Below the pieces are notes generated by a model that saw only the letters and a program-made list of their open reading frames with translations, was not told the origin of the DNA and ran no database searches. The translations under genes were made by a program, and so were the position numbers. A stretch of DNA of 64,000 bases from Monocercomonoides exilis PA203 (lineage: Eukaryota > Protista > Preaxostyla), in the NCBI GenBank assembly GCA_001643675.2, contig LSRY02000033.1, positions 744,001 to 808,000 of the forward strand. The letters run 5' to 3'. Positions 12,301-23,600 of the stretch are shown here, in pieces (the stretch's first letter is position 1; every line of letters begins with the position of its first letter).

Positions 12301-12796
12301 AGGGGTGGATGCTTTGAGTCAAGGCGATGAAGAAAGGAAATGGAGAGAAAGAAAGATGGCTGCAGAGCGAGTTGCAGAGGCAGAAAGCTCGAAGACGCCT
12401 TTCCGTCCATCCATTGATGAAGCAGCTAAGAGAACAGAAGGGAAACTCAGCAGATTTTTTAAGAAAGTGAATGAAGCGAAATCAGAACAGAGTCAATTTG
12501 AGGAAGATGCAGACTACGAAAACATAACTTCAGAAGGGCAAAATGGAACGAATAGAAGGCTGTCAATTCCGTCTGTCCACAAAGCGAGCCCAGCAAGTTC
12601 AGAAGTGATTGTTGGTGTGAAAGAGGACTATTTGGAGTGGGTGAAAAAAGAAGATGAAAAAAAGCAGAAGGTCAGAGAAGCTGTTATTAAAGAAAGAGAG
12701 AAAAATGAGTTGAGCCAGTGCACTTTCCATCCACGCATAAACAAAGGAACAAGAAGAACAACTGTGCTTGTTCAAGCTCGACTTGCTGATATTTGA
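9302..12796 (+). CDS. Hypothetical low-complexity/coiled-coil protein with four dispersed [TSP]FxP motifs
   Basis: 1164-aa uninterrupted ATG-TGA ORF between AT-rich flanks. Motifs: CSFKPTIN, ATFTPET, TPFRPSID, CTFHPRIN. Confidence 0.7.
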   Translation: MSSPIINQLLQTKQEGYSRLHQDPHSPLQPSISLQPNTFQAERTQNEQDFKIRNSKSLLGRVGQFLEQRRQLEEKNRPGGTCEHLLPNIILASIENSEKEEILQPEEIDPYTEKNLVSDQLLIRKDSSHPLDTLTERDSEEQEIDEIEKANKDSPQKRSKSPFKNRNKRPFPRLVKRKNKPKRQLKPFFERLKDDEHVREEKMKRLQQEEEEKKQKEIEQCSFKPTINENKKKEHSQTLHQKELFEDESTIPTQMNLQQLHLPSGFNGIPFGFTNPSSMILNSSTQNTQSVTQPNSILGHSQMSTTDTATVRQNVPPEERLLNWGKKRDQRNEELKRLFEEKEMAEATFTPETTPLPHPTTPRSISHGSTRTTPIKNSSMDEKFQKQQLSARLTARSSFKDASEKNGEDGAISAQSQKEKETNEEEFSENEEISENHREETQNKTKKAQGKPSSVDAYLQLNPFFRLTHISRPRDAQTLLQMEEEEEMNKSKESDDKANSTKEKSFPDENELKIKRLLNQEVNSSLTTSVSFPTPSKSPNITMQTPSWQHPFVPPLHLSPQQGSSLTSPSSRSLQAQHQSSLSNTPFTNTGSVPQRRPNNQNVFQQSQPPQTPMSSSRSISSATSMKTPVQLISSQFPPLSSGLPQIPLLSSNLFTLSLSSNTPFTSAASVSPSHMSTPIHPPQSNQFSTLLTPQTDRPLFSFDASSAPQNDFSQSIPQSTTPTYQQTNASACSSRSMRPQSARRSTRTTPEQTNSQRRGQMSYRSSAMTTRTASSALTTPKISVPKNAANAQNEQKNGPPASPGCRRPHTAFTSPSTYSPSFVAFLERQEKAMRQLQKRKYGEELANIKEKEKMKKKRKEERRKERAEWREERERRLKLFQKHEEKERRKQEKMEQLKKRQEERDSTHLDPEQQTSGEEKEKEKEDEYGSNEYETDDESEEELLSLLTATPDSLQSLSEESSLSSTILNEYDNEDDSDSRMWRSQRSVSTRRMSNSQKRGVDALSQGDEERKWRERKMAAERVAEAESSKTPFRPSIDEAAKRTEGKLSRFFKKVNEAKSEQSQFEEDADYENITSEGQNGTNRRLSIPSVHKASPASSEVIVGVKEDYLEWVKKEDEKKQKVREAVIKEREKNELSQCTFHPRINKGTRRTTVLVQARLADI

Positions 12797-13094
12797 GACA
12801 TTGTAATATTCTTTCTTTGATTATTTATCAACATCCATTTCAAACTTGTGATTTCCAATTAATTCAGATCAAATTCATTTCATTTATGTAATTAATTTTA
12901 TGTGTAATTTTAGAGGAAATTCAAAAATCTTTCTAGTTTGTTCATTTTTATGTTCAATTCACTTTAAATGTAATAATAATCCTTGAAAGCCTTCATTTGA
13001 ATTAGCATCTGTTAACAACAAAGAATTTGGAAAATGAGAAACAACAACAAAATATTACTATTTCTAATAAAAAAACAACTAAAAAAAAATATTT

Positions 13095-16000
13095 TCAATG
13101 TACACAAAAACCGTTGAAAAGGGTTCTGAAAAAGATTTCAAATATTCCTTTGTTATTTTGGGCATCGTCTTCAGGAGATGTTGAGGCTTTAACGATTTCG
13201 TTGAATTCATTGATTTCTTCCATCATTCTTCCTCTTTTCTCTTCTGCTTCATTCTGCTTCGCTTTTTGCTTGGCCATACAATCATTTGTACGAGCTTTTG
13301 CATTTTTTATTGATTCAATCAAAAATCGAGATAAATCTTGTGGTTTAACCACATCAATTCCAACAATTTGATCTGTTTCGATATTCCAATCGAGAGAAAT
13401 CTGGAGAGATGAAGACGAATCGTTGGGAGAAGCAGAGCCAATTGTGACATGAAAAGAAAAAGAAACAGATTTACCCGAAGGAGCGACTGACAACAAAGAC
13501 AAGGATATTGGCAATTTTTGATTGAAAGGAAGAAATTGAGTATTCGAGAAGAAAGAAATCTGGCTAAAGAAGCTTGACAAGCATGAAAACGGAAGCTGTA
13601 GCAACGATAAAAATGATGAAAGAGGAAGATTGAAAGGAAGCGTTGTGCTTAAAGAAACCATCCGAAACAGTGCATTCCATGACATAAGAGAGACGTTCTC
13701 GAAAAATGATGGTAGAGCATTTGAAGTTGAAGAAAATGAATGAATCCTCAAGAAATGTGTTTGAACATGAGCTTTATTCTCTTTCATGGGCGATGACTCC
13801 CATCCAACAGCCATAAGCATGAAATTGCCTGAACCAAATGGAACAGATAAGACTGGAGACTGATTCAGCTCGTTTGAGTAATTAATAGAAATAGGATTTG
13901 ACAATTGTCGTTGAACAGAAGTCAAAAGCAACCGATTCCAAATAAGAGCAGAGGAAATAAAAGATGGAAGAAACGATGTGAAAATGAATGAAAGTGCAGA
14001 ATGAGAGAGAGAGATCGTATTTGCAGCAAGTTGAGTGAACTTCAACTCTGAGGAGCATTGTGCTTGCAGAAGTTTAATGAAGATTGAAACATACAATTCT
14101 TCGTTTTGTGGCTGTTGGTCTAATTTCTGTGTGCATTCATTGAAAAGCTTGAGCAAAAGTTGCTGCCGAGTGTTGGGGGATGGAACAAGATGAGGATTTA
14201 TCATGTCTGTGAAGCGAGAGTAATGAGATGTAATGATAGTCACTGAGATGTCTGATGAAATGAGCTCAGTTGGAGAAGAGACAGGAATTGAAATGACGAA
14301 GAAAGGAAGAGAGCAAAGAAGATATGCAGCTGACAACTTCTGCTCAAACGAAGCAAGAGGAGAAGAGAATGCGGTTTGACTTGCTTTGTCTGAGTAAGAT
14401 AAAGCAATGGAAAACATATCTCTGGCATTTTTCAATGAACTGATTGAAGGAAGAAGAGAAAGAGAAGGAAATGATGCAAGAAAATCAGCCAATGGCGTAA
14501 GTTGTGGAACATAAGCAGAGCTATTGCCATTCTGTGAAGAATTGAGAGAAGTGATTGAAAACTGAAAAGTTTGATGTTGAGAAAATGCTGATAAGAAATT
14601 GAGCTTGTGTGCGATCGAAGACAAACGAGTGTGCAATATTTGAGTTGAACTCCTTTGATCTGAGAGAAGAGATGATAACAGCTCAATTGAGAATCTTGGA
14701 AGTTGCACTTGAACAGATTCAGGCAAAAGAGGAGACAAAAGATGATGAATGCTCAGAAGAGATGTGGCAGAATCCATTGGAGGAGAACCACTCAGTTCAT
14801 TCATTAGAGACTTCAGCAAAGAAGACGAATAATTTGCATTTGATGAACGTATTGCCCAATCATAGCAGCATAAGCAGTTGTCAGACATCAAAAGGGAATA
14901 AGGTTTGAATGATGGAACAAGACTTATTGTGATTGTGTCTTTTAAATGGAAGTGCTCAGCATGTTGCAGAGTGATTGAAAGCGGAGTTGAAGAAGCTATT
15001 CCAGTCAAATCAGAAAATGACTCCTTCAAAATTCTCTTCATGCGACTCACTTGGCAAACTCCGAGCAAACAAATAAATACTTTTGCAATGCCATATTTCA
15101 ATTCTTCAGACCATTCATTGCTTAACTCACCATCTTTAGCATCATCTACCATCGAATTCTCATTTCTTATGTCCTCTTTCATATCATCTGTCTGCTTCAG
15201 AAGCACATGTATTATCATTGTTGTCTCATTCCAGTCGATGCAAGTTCCTTCGTCTATCCATTCTCTTCTCATCTCCATTTGCCTTTCTGATGCATTCTCC
15301 ATCTTCAGAACAGCATCTATCCAATATTGCTTTCCCAATTTTGGCTGTTTTGGTTTCGAATCATTAACTTCAGCTTCATCCATTTCCATTCCATTTGACG
15401 GCATTCCATTCTCTTTTGATTGTTGAGGTGTCTGTTGTATTTCCCAACTTGATGGAAAATAAAGTCTTCCTCCTCCGACAGACCTGGCACCCCATCCACC
15501 CAGTCGAAGAAGAGCCTGCTGCGATGAAATGAAAAGTGAGGTGTGAAGGGCAGATGATATGGATGATACTGAAGAAGAAGAAGAAGAAGCTGAGTTCATT
15601 TCAGAGTGTGCCGTGAATGTTGTGTATGGAGGAGGAAGCTTTTGGAGCATTCCAGATGAGGTTGGAGATGAAAGAGGAGAAGAAAAGGGGAAAAGAAAAG
15701 GTGAGTCTGGAAGAGACAGAAGAGCGGTCTGATTGAATGTTGACATACTAGGTGAAGTGAGAGAAGAAGAAGAAGAAGAAGACGGTTCTGCAGCTGAAGC
15801 GGCTTTCTGGTTGTCTTGAGAAGATGCAAGCGATGAGTTTAATGATTCTGAAGTAAAAGCGTATGTTTCATTGTTATTTGAGTGAACAATATGAATCACA
15901 GATGAAAGAGAGACAGACAAAGAAGAAGAATGAATTGAAGAAATAAGAGCCAACAGCATTTGAGAAGAAGGAGTGGAAGATAAGAGCGATTGGATGTGTT

Positions 16001-19000
16001 TCTGTGAATCTGATAAATTGTTGTTGACTGAAGAAGTTGCAGAGGCTGATGCATCAAAAGAAAGAGAAGAAGAAGAAGAAGAAGAAAACAACACCAGAGA
16101 CTCAGAAGCTGCAGGTGTCAAAGGAGGATTCAGAAAAGTCAGTCCACTTTTTGACAGAACAGAAACCATTGATGTTCGAAGTGTGCAAAGAATGTCAGAA
16201 AATTGAGTGGAAAATGCTTTGTGAACAAATTGTGCGACTGAAGTGATGAGAGAAGTGCTGTTTTTGTCAGCTGAATTGGAAGATGTGTCTGAAGATATCG
16301 ATTGAGCAGTCTGTGTATTTGAAGAGGAAGAGGAAGAGGGAGAAGAAAGAGAAGAAGCAGAAGAATTGCGAAATGGATATAAAATGGAAGAGGTTGTGGT
16401 CGATGTGAATGAGTGCAGCAGATAAGCATCAACAAGCACAGCTGCGTTTGAAGCAGAAGGCACAAACAGAAGAAGAAAGACATCATAAACAGCATTTTCT
16501 TCATCTGATTCAGGGCAAGATTCATCCATTGTCACTTCTTTAATGCGAGGGCTGAATGCAACAGAAGCATAAAGTGTCGAAATGTGAGTGAAAGGAGAGA
16601 GGAGAGGAGAAAACGGGGCAGAAAGGGCAGAAGTGGCAGAAGGCTGTGAAATTGTGGGCAGTTTGATCTGAGGTGATGTGGTGCTTGTGAAGAGAAGATG
16701 GATGGGGAGACATTCAACAGACAGAACTTTGCCAGAGGAAGAGGCAGAAAAGGAAGGAAACATCAGACGAGAGCTGTCAGGCAATGAAGAAGACGACTGA
16801 GATGAGCGACTGAACGATGAAGACTGCCCAAAATCAACCAAAATGCGCTTCATCCGCTTTTCGCATAGGACAAAAGGAGAGTTTGTGTAAATTGAGCTGT
16901 GAAATGAGCAAGGCTGCTGAGATGGATCGCGACGAGAGCCGAAAGGAGAAAGAGAGCCAGTGGAAGGGAAGAGGAGGAGAGAAGTCCGAAGCACCTCGAT
17001 CCAGCAGAGGAAGCGCAGACGAGACAGAGTGCTGACAATCCTTGGGAGGGAAGAGGAAATAGAGGCAGAGACAGAGAATGAGGACGGAGAGAATGAAGAG
17101 GCAGAAGAGGAGGAAGATGAGGAGGAAGAGGAAAAATGAGCGAGTGTGGAAAGATCAACTGGAGAAAGAGAAGAAAATGAATAGGTTAAAATTGGTGGGT
17201 TTTCAAATGAATTAGATCGAGATGTTTTCCTGCTTAATTGTGACCTGGAAGAAGGAGAGGAAGAAGAAGAAGAAGAAGGCAGTGATGGCAAAGGGGAAGT
17301 TGGAGATGCGTCTGAAGATTGAGAAGAAGAAATTGATGAGATTGAAGATTTTTCATCAGAAGTCTTTGCTGATGATGCGTCAGAAGGTGATGATTCAGTT
17401 GCACTCTTTGAGCCATCTGCATTTGGCGTCTGCTCTTCCATTGGCTCATCCAATGCACCCATCATCCACAGCGTAGAAACAGACGCTGCTTCACTCCATT
17501 CCATTTCAATTGGATTGCCTTTGATTTTTGTGTGGGTTGTGAACTTTTGTCTCTGACTTGTCAAGGGAGTGATGGAAAGAGGCAGAAAAGACGATAAACG
17601 CAGTGCAGATGCAGATGACACTGGAGCAGAAGAGGAAGAAGAGGAAGAAAAAGGAGAAGAAGAAAGAGAGAAAGATAACAAGAATGAATGAAAGGGGGTA
17701 AAGTCCATCGTGACAGAAGGAAGAACAGAACTGAATTGTTTGCTTTGCATTCGATTAGCAGAATCCAAAGAGGAAGCAGAAGATGAATCAAAAAGGAGAG
17801 GTTTGTTGAATGAGTATCGAAACGGAGCAACAGAGCCAATTGAATGATCCACCAAAAGACTTCGTATTTCCTTTGATGAATCAAAATTATCAGTCATGCC
17901 ATCATCAGCAGTATCAGTTGAATTTGAAGAATTATCAGAAGAAGAAGAAGAAGAAGAAGAAGAAGAAGAAGATGATGATGATGATGAAAGCGATGCTTCA
18001 TTCACAGCAAGCGAAGATTCTGAGGCATGGCACACAGCATCAACAAACCTGAGGACAGAGAAGAGTCCATTCGATGCAAAAAGAGCAGCAGAGTGGAGAA
18101 TGACATGCATCAAAGAGGCAGAAAACACAGGGCTTGCAGACAAACGAGCAGATCGCTCAATCAGAGCAGAGGCAGTTGTTGAATTCTGTGAAGAAGAAGC
18201 TGTGAAGGTGAGGAGTCTTGATTCAGGTGAGTTGGCAAGTGTGAGCGTGTCTTCTGAAAGTGCAGGAGAAAACGACAAAATGGCAAGAGAACGAGAAAGA
18301 GGTGGAGAAAGAGCAGATGAGGAAGAAGAAGAGAGATGAGGAAAGACAATCACAACAGACGGCAGATTAGACGGAATTGTTGATGACTTCTTGTTGAGAT
18401 GGGCAAATGACACGATGAGGCCTTCGTATGAGGAGAGCAGCGAAAGAGCATCGCTTTGGCTGAAAGTGGGAGACATTGTAAACATTCCTGGCGAAGGCGA
18501 CTGGAACGGCGAGGGAACAGGAAATGTTGCAACAGACTGAGCAGAAGGCGAAGATGGACTTTGGGTGGATTGTGCTTTTGAAGGAGAAGGAGATGAAGAT
18601 GAAGATGAAGATGAGGCTGAGGCAGAAGCAGAAGCAGAAGCAGAAGAAGTTGTTGAAGTCAAAGCAGCAACCGGAAATGGCGACAGAGACGGAGTGGAAG
18701 ATGGAGACAGTCCTCTTGCTGATGCTGCAGCAGAGCCGAGTGTTGAGATGATGCGTTCTCTTTCCTCGTCTGCCTCTCTCTTCAGCATCCGCTCTCGAAT
18801 GACGTCTTCTTCGCGGTCTGTCCTTCGTGAGCGCCGCTGCTCGTCTGTCAGAAAGGCGTCGTCCAGAGTGACAGGCACAATCGTCTGGGCAGGCAAAGCA
18901 GACGCTGCTGTAGATGGACGAACAGAAGGCGAAAGGAAAGATACAGAGGAAGAGGAAGGAGACAGGCTGAAGCTGAAAGGAGAAGGTGCGGGTGTTTGGA

Positions 19001-20387
19001 AGTTCCGAATGGAAGAAGGTGTAGATGGAATTGAGTCAGATGGCATCTTAACAGAAGATGGAGTTGTGATAGCAGCAGGAAGAAGAGGCATTGCGGTTGT
19101 TGGGACAGCAGGTGTGACAGCAGTTGATGCTAATAGTGTGGCTGTGGAGGATGATGCTATTGCAGGTGATGTTGTGAACCGGCTGAGAGTGAACGGAAGA
19201 GCACTTTCGGATGACTTTTGAGTAGCAGCAAGGATGAAGAGACGAAGTAGAAGAGAAGAAACGAAGCTTCTGAGGCAGCTATGGAGAACAAGAAGGCACT
19301 GCGAAGGTGAAGATGACAGGATATGAGCATCTTCTTTGTTCTTCTCCAATGATTTGTCTGTATTGCTCACTTCAGCACTTGTTGAATTGCTATCTGAGCT
19401 TGTTTCGGCGCTTTTTTCTTTCTCAATTTCTGCGTCTCGCTCTTTTTGTGCCTGCTTGAGAATCACTTCATTCACTTTCTGCACAACATTCTGCTCTTCT
19501 CTCGCTGATAGAGTCACAAAAAATGTTCTGTCTGACAAAAATCGATCGATTTTGTTACCATTTTCAGTTCCTGTCTGTTGTCGATATTTTGCACTTCGCA
19601 AATTGTGAGGAAAGTTGCATTCCTTTAAAAATAGACGAAAAGTCAATACTCTAAAAAAGCACAGAGGCGGTGTTGGTGCATAAGGTGAACTTAACGGGAA
19701 AAGTGTCACTTCAAATTCATCCTTCTGAATAAAATAAAGTAGTCCATTTGCTAAACAATCTTATTTAAAGTCTTATAAACTGAAAACATTTGAACAAACA
19801 TATTTTTAAACTAAATCCTGGGCAAAACGGAAGAGTGTACCTTCCCAAAAGAGATTTTATCATTTGCTCTGATTCTTCTTTTAATGATAAAGCACTTTTC
19901 ACTGAAAGTGTTGTTTGCTCTAATAGATCTGCTCCAATATCTTTCACAATTTCTGGAAAATGAGGATAAGATCCTGAAGATAAAACATCAGCTGCGAGAG
20001 GGATGACAAATGGCGGCATTCTATACTGTACTAAACGTTCATGAAGGTAAAATAAACGATCAGGAATTGATGTTGACGTGGCATCGAGAATTGACATGGA
20101 CTTATATGCCGACTGAAATAAAATTTAAATGCAAAATCAACGAGAGAAACATCTTCTAAATAGAAGCGGCATACGTCGCAAGCCTCCACATTTTGTGGTT
20201 GCTTCAGCCATCGAACAAGAGCAACAAATTTGCGAATTATTGAGGCGTGCCGAACAAAAAACCCTTGGATCTCGTTCACTTTATCTTCAGGCGTCATTCC
20301 TGCAACCACTGCAGGAAGTCTTCGAAGTTCTGCAGCAAAACAACTTGTTTCCCTTTCAAGCAAGAACGAAAGAGTAAGTTGTTCCAT
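13095..20387 (-). CDS. MED14: Mediator subunit Med14 (conserved N-terminus, very divergent Ser-rich remainder); complement(join(13095..19750,19800..20112,20175..20387))
   Basis: Med14 N-terminal domain motifs: LSFLLER...IRKFVALVRW; DRLFYLHERLVQYRMPPFVIPLAADVLSSGSYPHFP (cf. [24 protein letters not shown]); and ISNGLLYFIQKDEFEVTL formed across intron 2 (cf. VANGRVKFRVEGEFEATL). The 62- and 49-nt introns keep frame. Confidence 0.8.
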
Positions 20388-20620
20388 CGAATCATGGGTT
20401 AAATACTTCCAAAATGACTTAAATCTTTTATAGAAATTTTTGAAACATTTAATAAATAAAATAGTTTTTTAAAGTTAAAATAATATTCTTCAAAAATTGA
20501 TAATTGATCTATCCCGCTGACATACATTGTTTTGTCAGTTTTTTTATTTTCTTTTTTTGTTTCAAGACGCAAGCATAACCTTACGCATTAACGTTTTTCA
20601 TAAACGTTATAAAATAAGTC

Positions 20621-23600
20621 ATGATTCAATCAATTCTAAATATGTCAGCTGAAGAGCTGAGCGCTGAAATTGGAGATCAATCAATTTGGCACGCAATAAA
20701 GGCTAAACAACAAAAAATGACCGAAAGAAATTCAAGGAGTATTCATCTTCAACAAGGAGATTCAAGTTCAGATTCTGAGCAGCAAAAGCATAAGCCTCAA
20801 ACAATGATTATTGAAGAACTGGAACAAGTTCCCATCGAACTTCTTGAAGGACTTAAGCGTACAAATAATGAAGCATTCAGAAATTTAATATATACATGGG
20901 CGCCTTCATTTTTTACTCCAGAGCAATTGCTCCAGATCAAAGCTGTAGAAAAAGAAGTTGAAGATACTGATCAAAATGATAGTAACAATGATAATTTAAC
21001 ACCTTCAGAGATGGGGGAACAAAACAAACGAAAGACTAAAAAAGTGATTGTCGTTTCTCCACTTCTTTCTAAAGAGCAACTTGCATCATTAGATTTTCAC
21101 ACACGACCAACTCAGGCGCACCTTTTCTTATCGTTGCTTGAAGTTGACGATTTAGAATGGCTAAAAATGGAGATGACTGGAATGAATGATGAAGAGCAGA
21201 TCATAAAAGCTCAAGAAACTTTAAATAAGGAAGCTTGTCAATCCTATCAATATGATGGTTCATATTCAAGTCAACAATGGAGAAAAGATCTTTCGATAAA
21301 TCTTGATTCTTCCCGAACATCAGCGAGAGAAAGACAAATAGCAAGCGCAAGGTCTTTTGATGGCCGCCAGCAACAGTCACAAATTCAGCGTTTATCACTA
21401 CCAGCAATTGCATCTCCGATTTCTGCCAGCGAGTTTAACTCTTCTCCTTCAGCTCCAAATTCACCTGGATCCAATGGATTTCACACTGGCCGCAGCACCA
21501 CTGTGTTTAGTGTTGCCCAGTCTTCAGTCGAGGCGCAGCGCCTGCTGTCACTTGATGCTGCTAAGAAGTCGATCATTAGGCGGCTGTGCATTGAGCATGA
21601 GAACGAGGAAGGAAGAAACAGAAAGAGGCAGAATGAAGGAAAAGAAAATGGAAGCGGTATAGCAGAAGAAGATGAGGAAGATATCGACATGGAGACGGGG
21701 GAACGGGTGATTGGAGAGAACGAGATTAGAAAACGGAAGGAGAGAGAGAAGGCAGTTTTCCAGGAGAAAAAGAAGAGAGACGAAAGAAGAGTCAGAGCAG
21801 CACAAAAACTGGAGCAGGAGATAAGAGAAGAGCAAAGGAAGGAAAAACAGAGAAAAGAGGCAGAAGGAAGAGAAAGGGCGCTGAAGGAAAAAGAGGAGAG
21901 AGAAAGAAAGAAAGAGAAAGCAGGGATGGCCAAAGTGTATATGCCAGTGGCTGAAGTGAGGCAGACACTCAAAATACCGCAAAAAGGCAAAAGCGAAACA
22001 AACACTGAAGAAAATGTGACTGAAAGAAGCTTTTCCAAAGAGGCCATTGAGCTTCCACCGCTCATCAGGGAACTTTCACAGACGACTTCGCTTGAGCCAG
22101 AGGCCGAGTCTGCTCTTATTCGACTGCTTTCAACAACACCACAGCCACAGCAACACCACCAGCAGCAGCAGAAACAGTTTGATCATCTTCTGCTATCTTC
22201 CACACATTCTCTCTCAAACACTTCATATTCGCATTTGCCTTCTCATTCTTCCTCTGCTTCGTCTTTTGTGTCTCCGCCGTTCACACGTCGTTCATTATCT
22301 TCTCTCTCAACCACTGCCTCTGTCTTCCGCTTTGCTCCTTATTCCACTCGATCCTTTGAGAAAGAGAAGGAAACAATGAATGAGAAGAAGGAGAAAGAAA
22401 AAGAGAAAGAGAAAGAGAAAGAGACAGGACAGCTAAAGAGCTGGGATGCTGTTGTGGAGGCGAACAGACTGAAGTACAAGGAAAAGCAGATGAAGGCAAA
22501 AGCGAAGTTTGCAGAGAAGCTGAAGGAGCTGTCGAAGGAAGAGAAGATTTCTGGAAGAGAAGATGATGCTGAAACTGATGATAGAGTCAAAAATGATAAA
22601 ACAGAGAATCAACCAGAAGGTGAAGAATTAGACAAGAAGGGATGTGACCAACATAAAGATGAAGTTATCCTTAAAGAACATGCAGAAAAGAATGAGATTG
22701 TGATTGGAGCAGATGAGAAAGTTGTTGGAACAGAAAATTCAATTGATGCTAACAACCAGTTGAATGTGAGTATTGCAAAGGACAAAGCTGGATCAGAAAG
22801 AGCTGAGCTGAGAAGAAGCCAGGCGAAGCAAAAGAAGAAGGACTTTGGCGAAGCACGGGGAATCTTGCAGTCGTTTATGCCTGAAAACACACTCTATTTG
22901 CGTTCTGTGTTTATTCTGCCAGCTGAAAAAGAGAAGATTTCTTTTTCTTCGATGCGGATGTCGAAGGAGAAGAGGATGGAAGACCTGAAAGAAGTTGTTC
23001 GTTGGGAAGAGTCAGACTTTCTGAGGACATCACTTGGAGAAATAGAAGCACACAAAAGAGATGAAAAAGAAGAAGAAGGAGAAGAAGAGGGAGAAGAGAA
23101 GGAAGAAGAAGAAGAGGAAGAGGAAGAAGAGGAAAATGTTGATAGAAAAAATAATCAGCATCAGCATCAGTCATCTATTCATTCTGATGGTGCTTCACAT
23201 GAAATTGATAACAAAAACATGCTTTCACCTGCAGCTCTTTCGCATCCGCCTTCTTCTCTTATTTCTTCATCACCAATTGCAAATACAGTCAGCAGAACTG
23301 CCTCTCTCTCTTCTCTTTCACATCTCCCACCTTCTCCTCTATCGCACAATCAGTGGAAGAATCGTGATGTTGAGAATGGTTTGACCAGTCTGACTGAAAA
23401 TGCATTGACTGATGGAGAGAATGAGGAAAAGGTCGTTGAACGAGATATGTTGGATGAGGGCAAAAAACATATTTCTGATCTTATTTCTGGTGGAAAAGAA
23501 GAAGAGGATGAAAATTCATTGAAAAACAAAGAAGATGAGGAGCATAAGGAAGATGATGAGCATCTTCAATCTGTGAAAGAAGAGGAGAGGAAGAAAAAAT

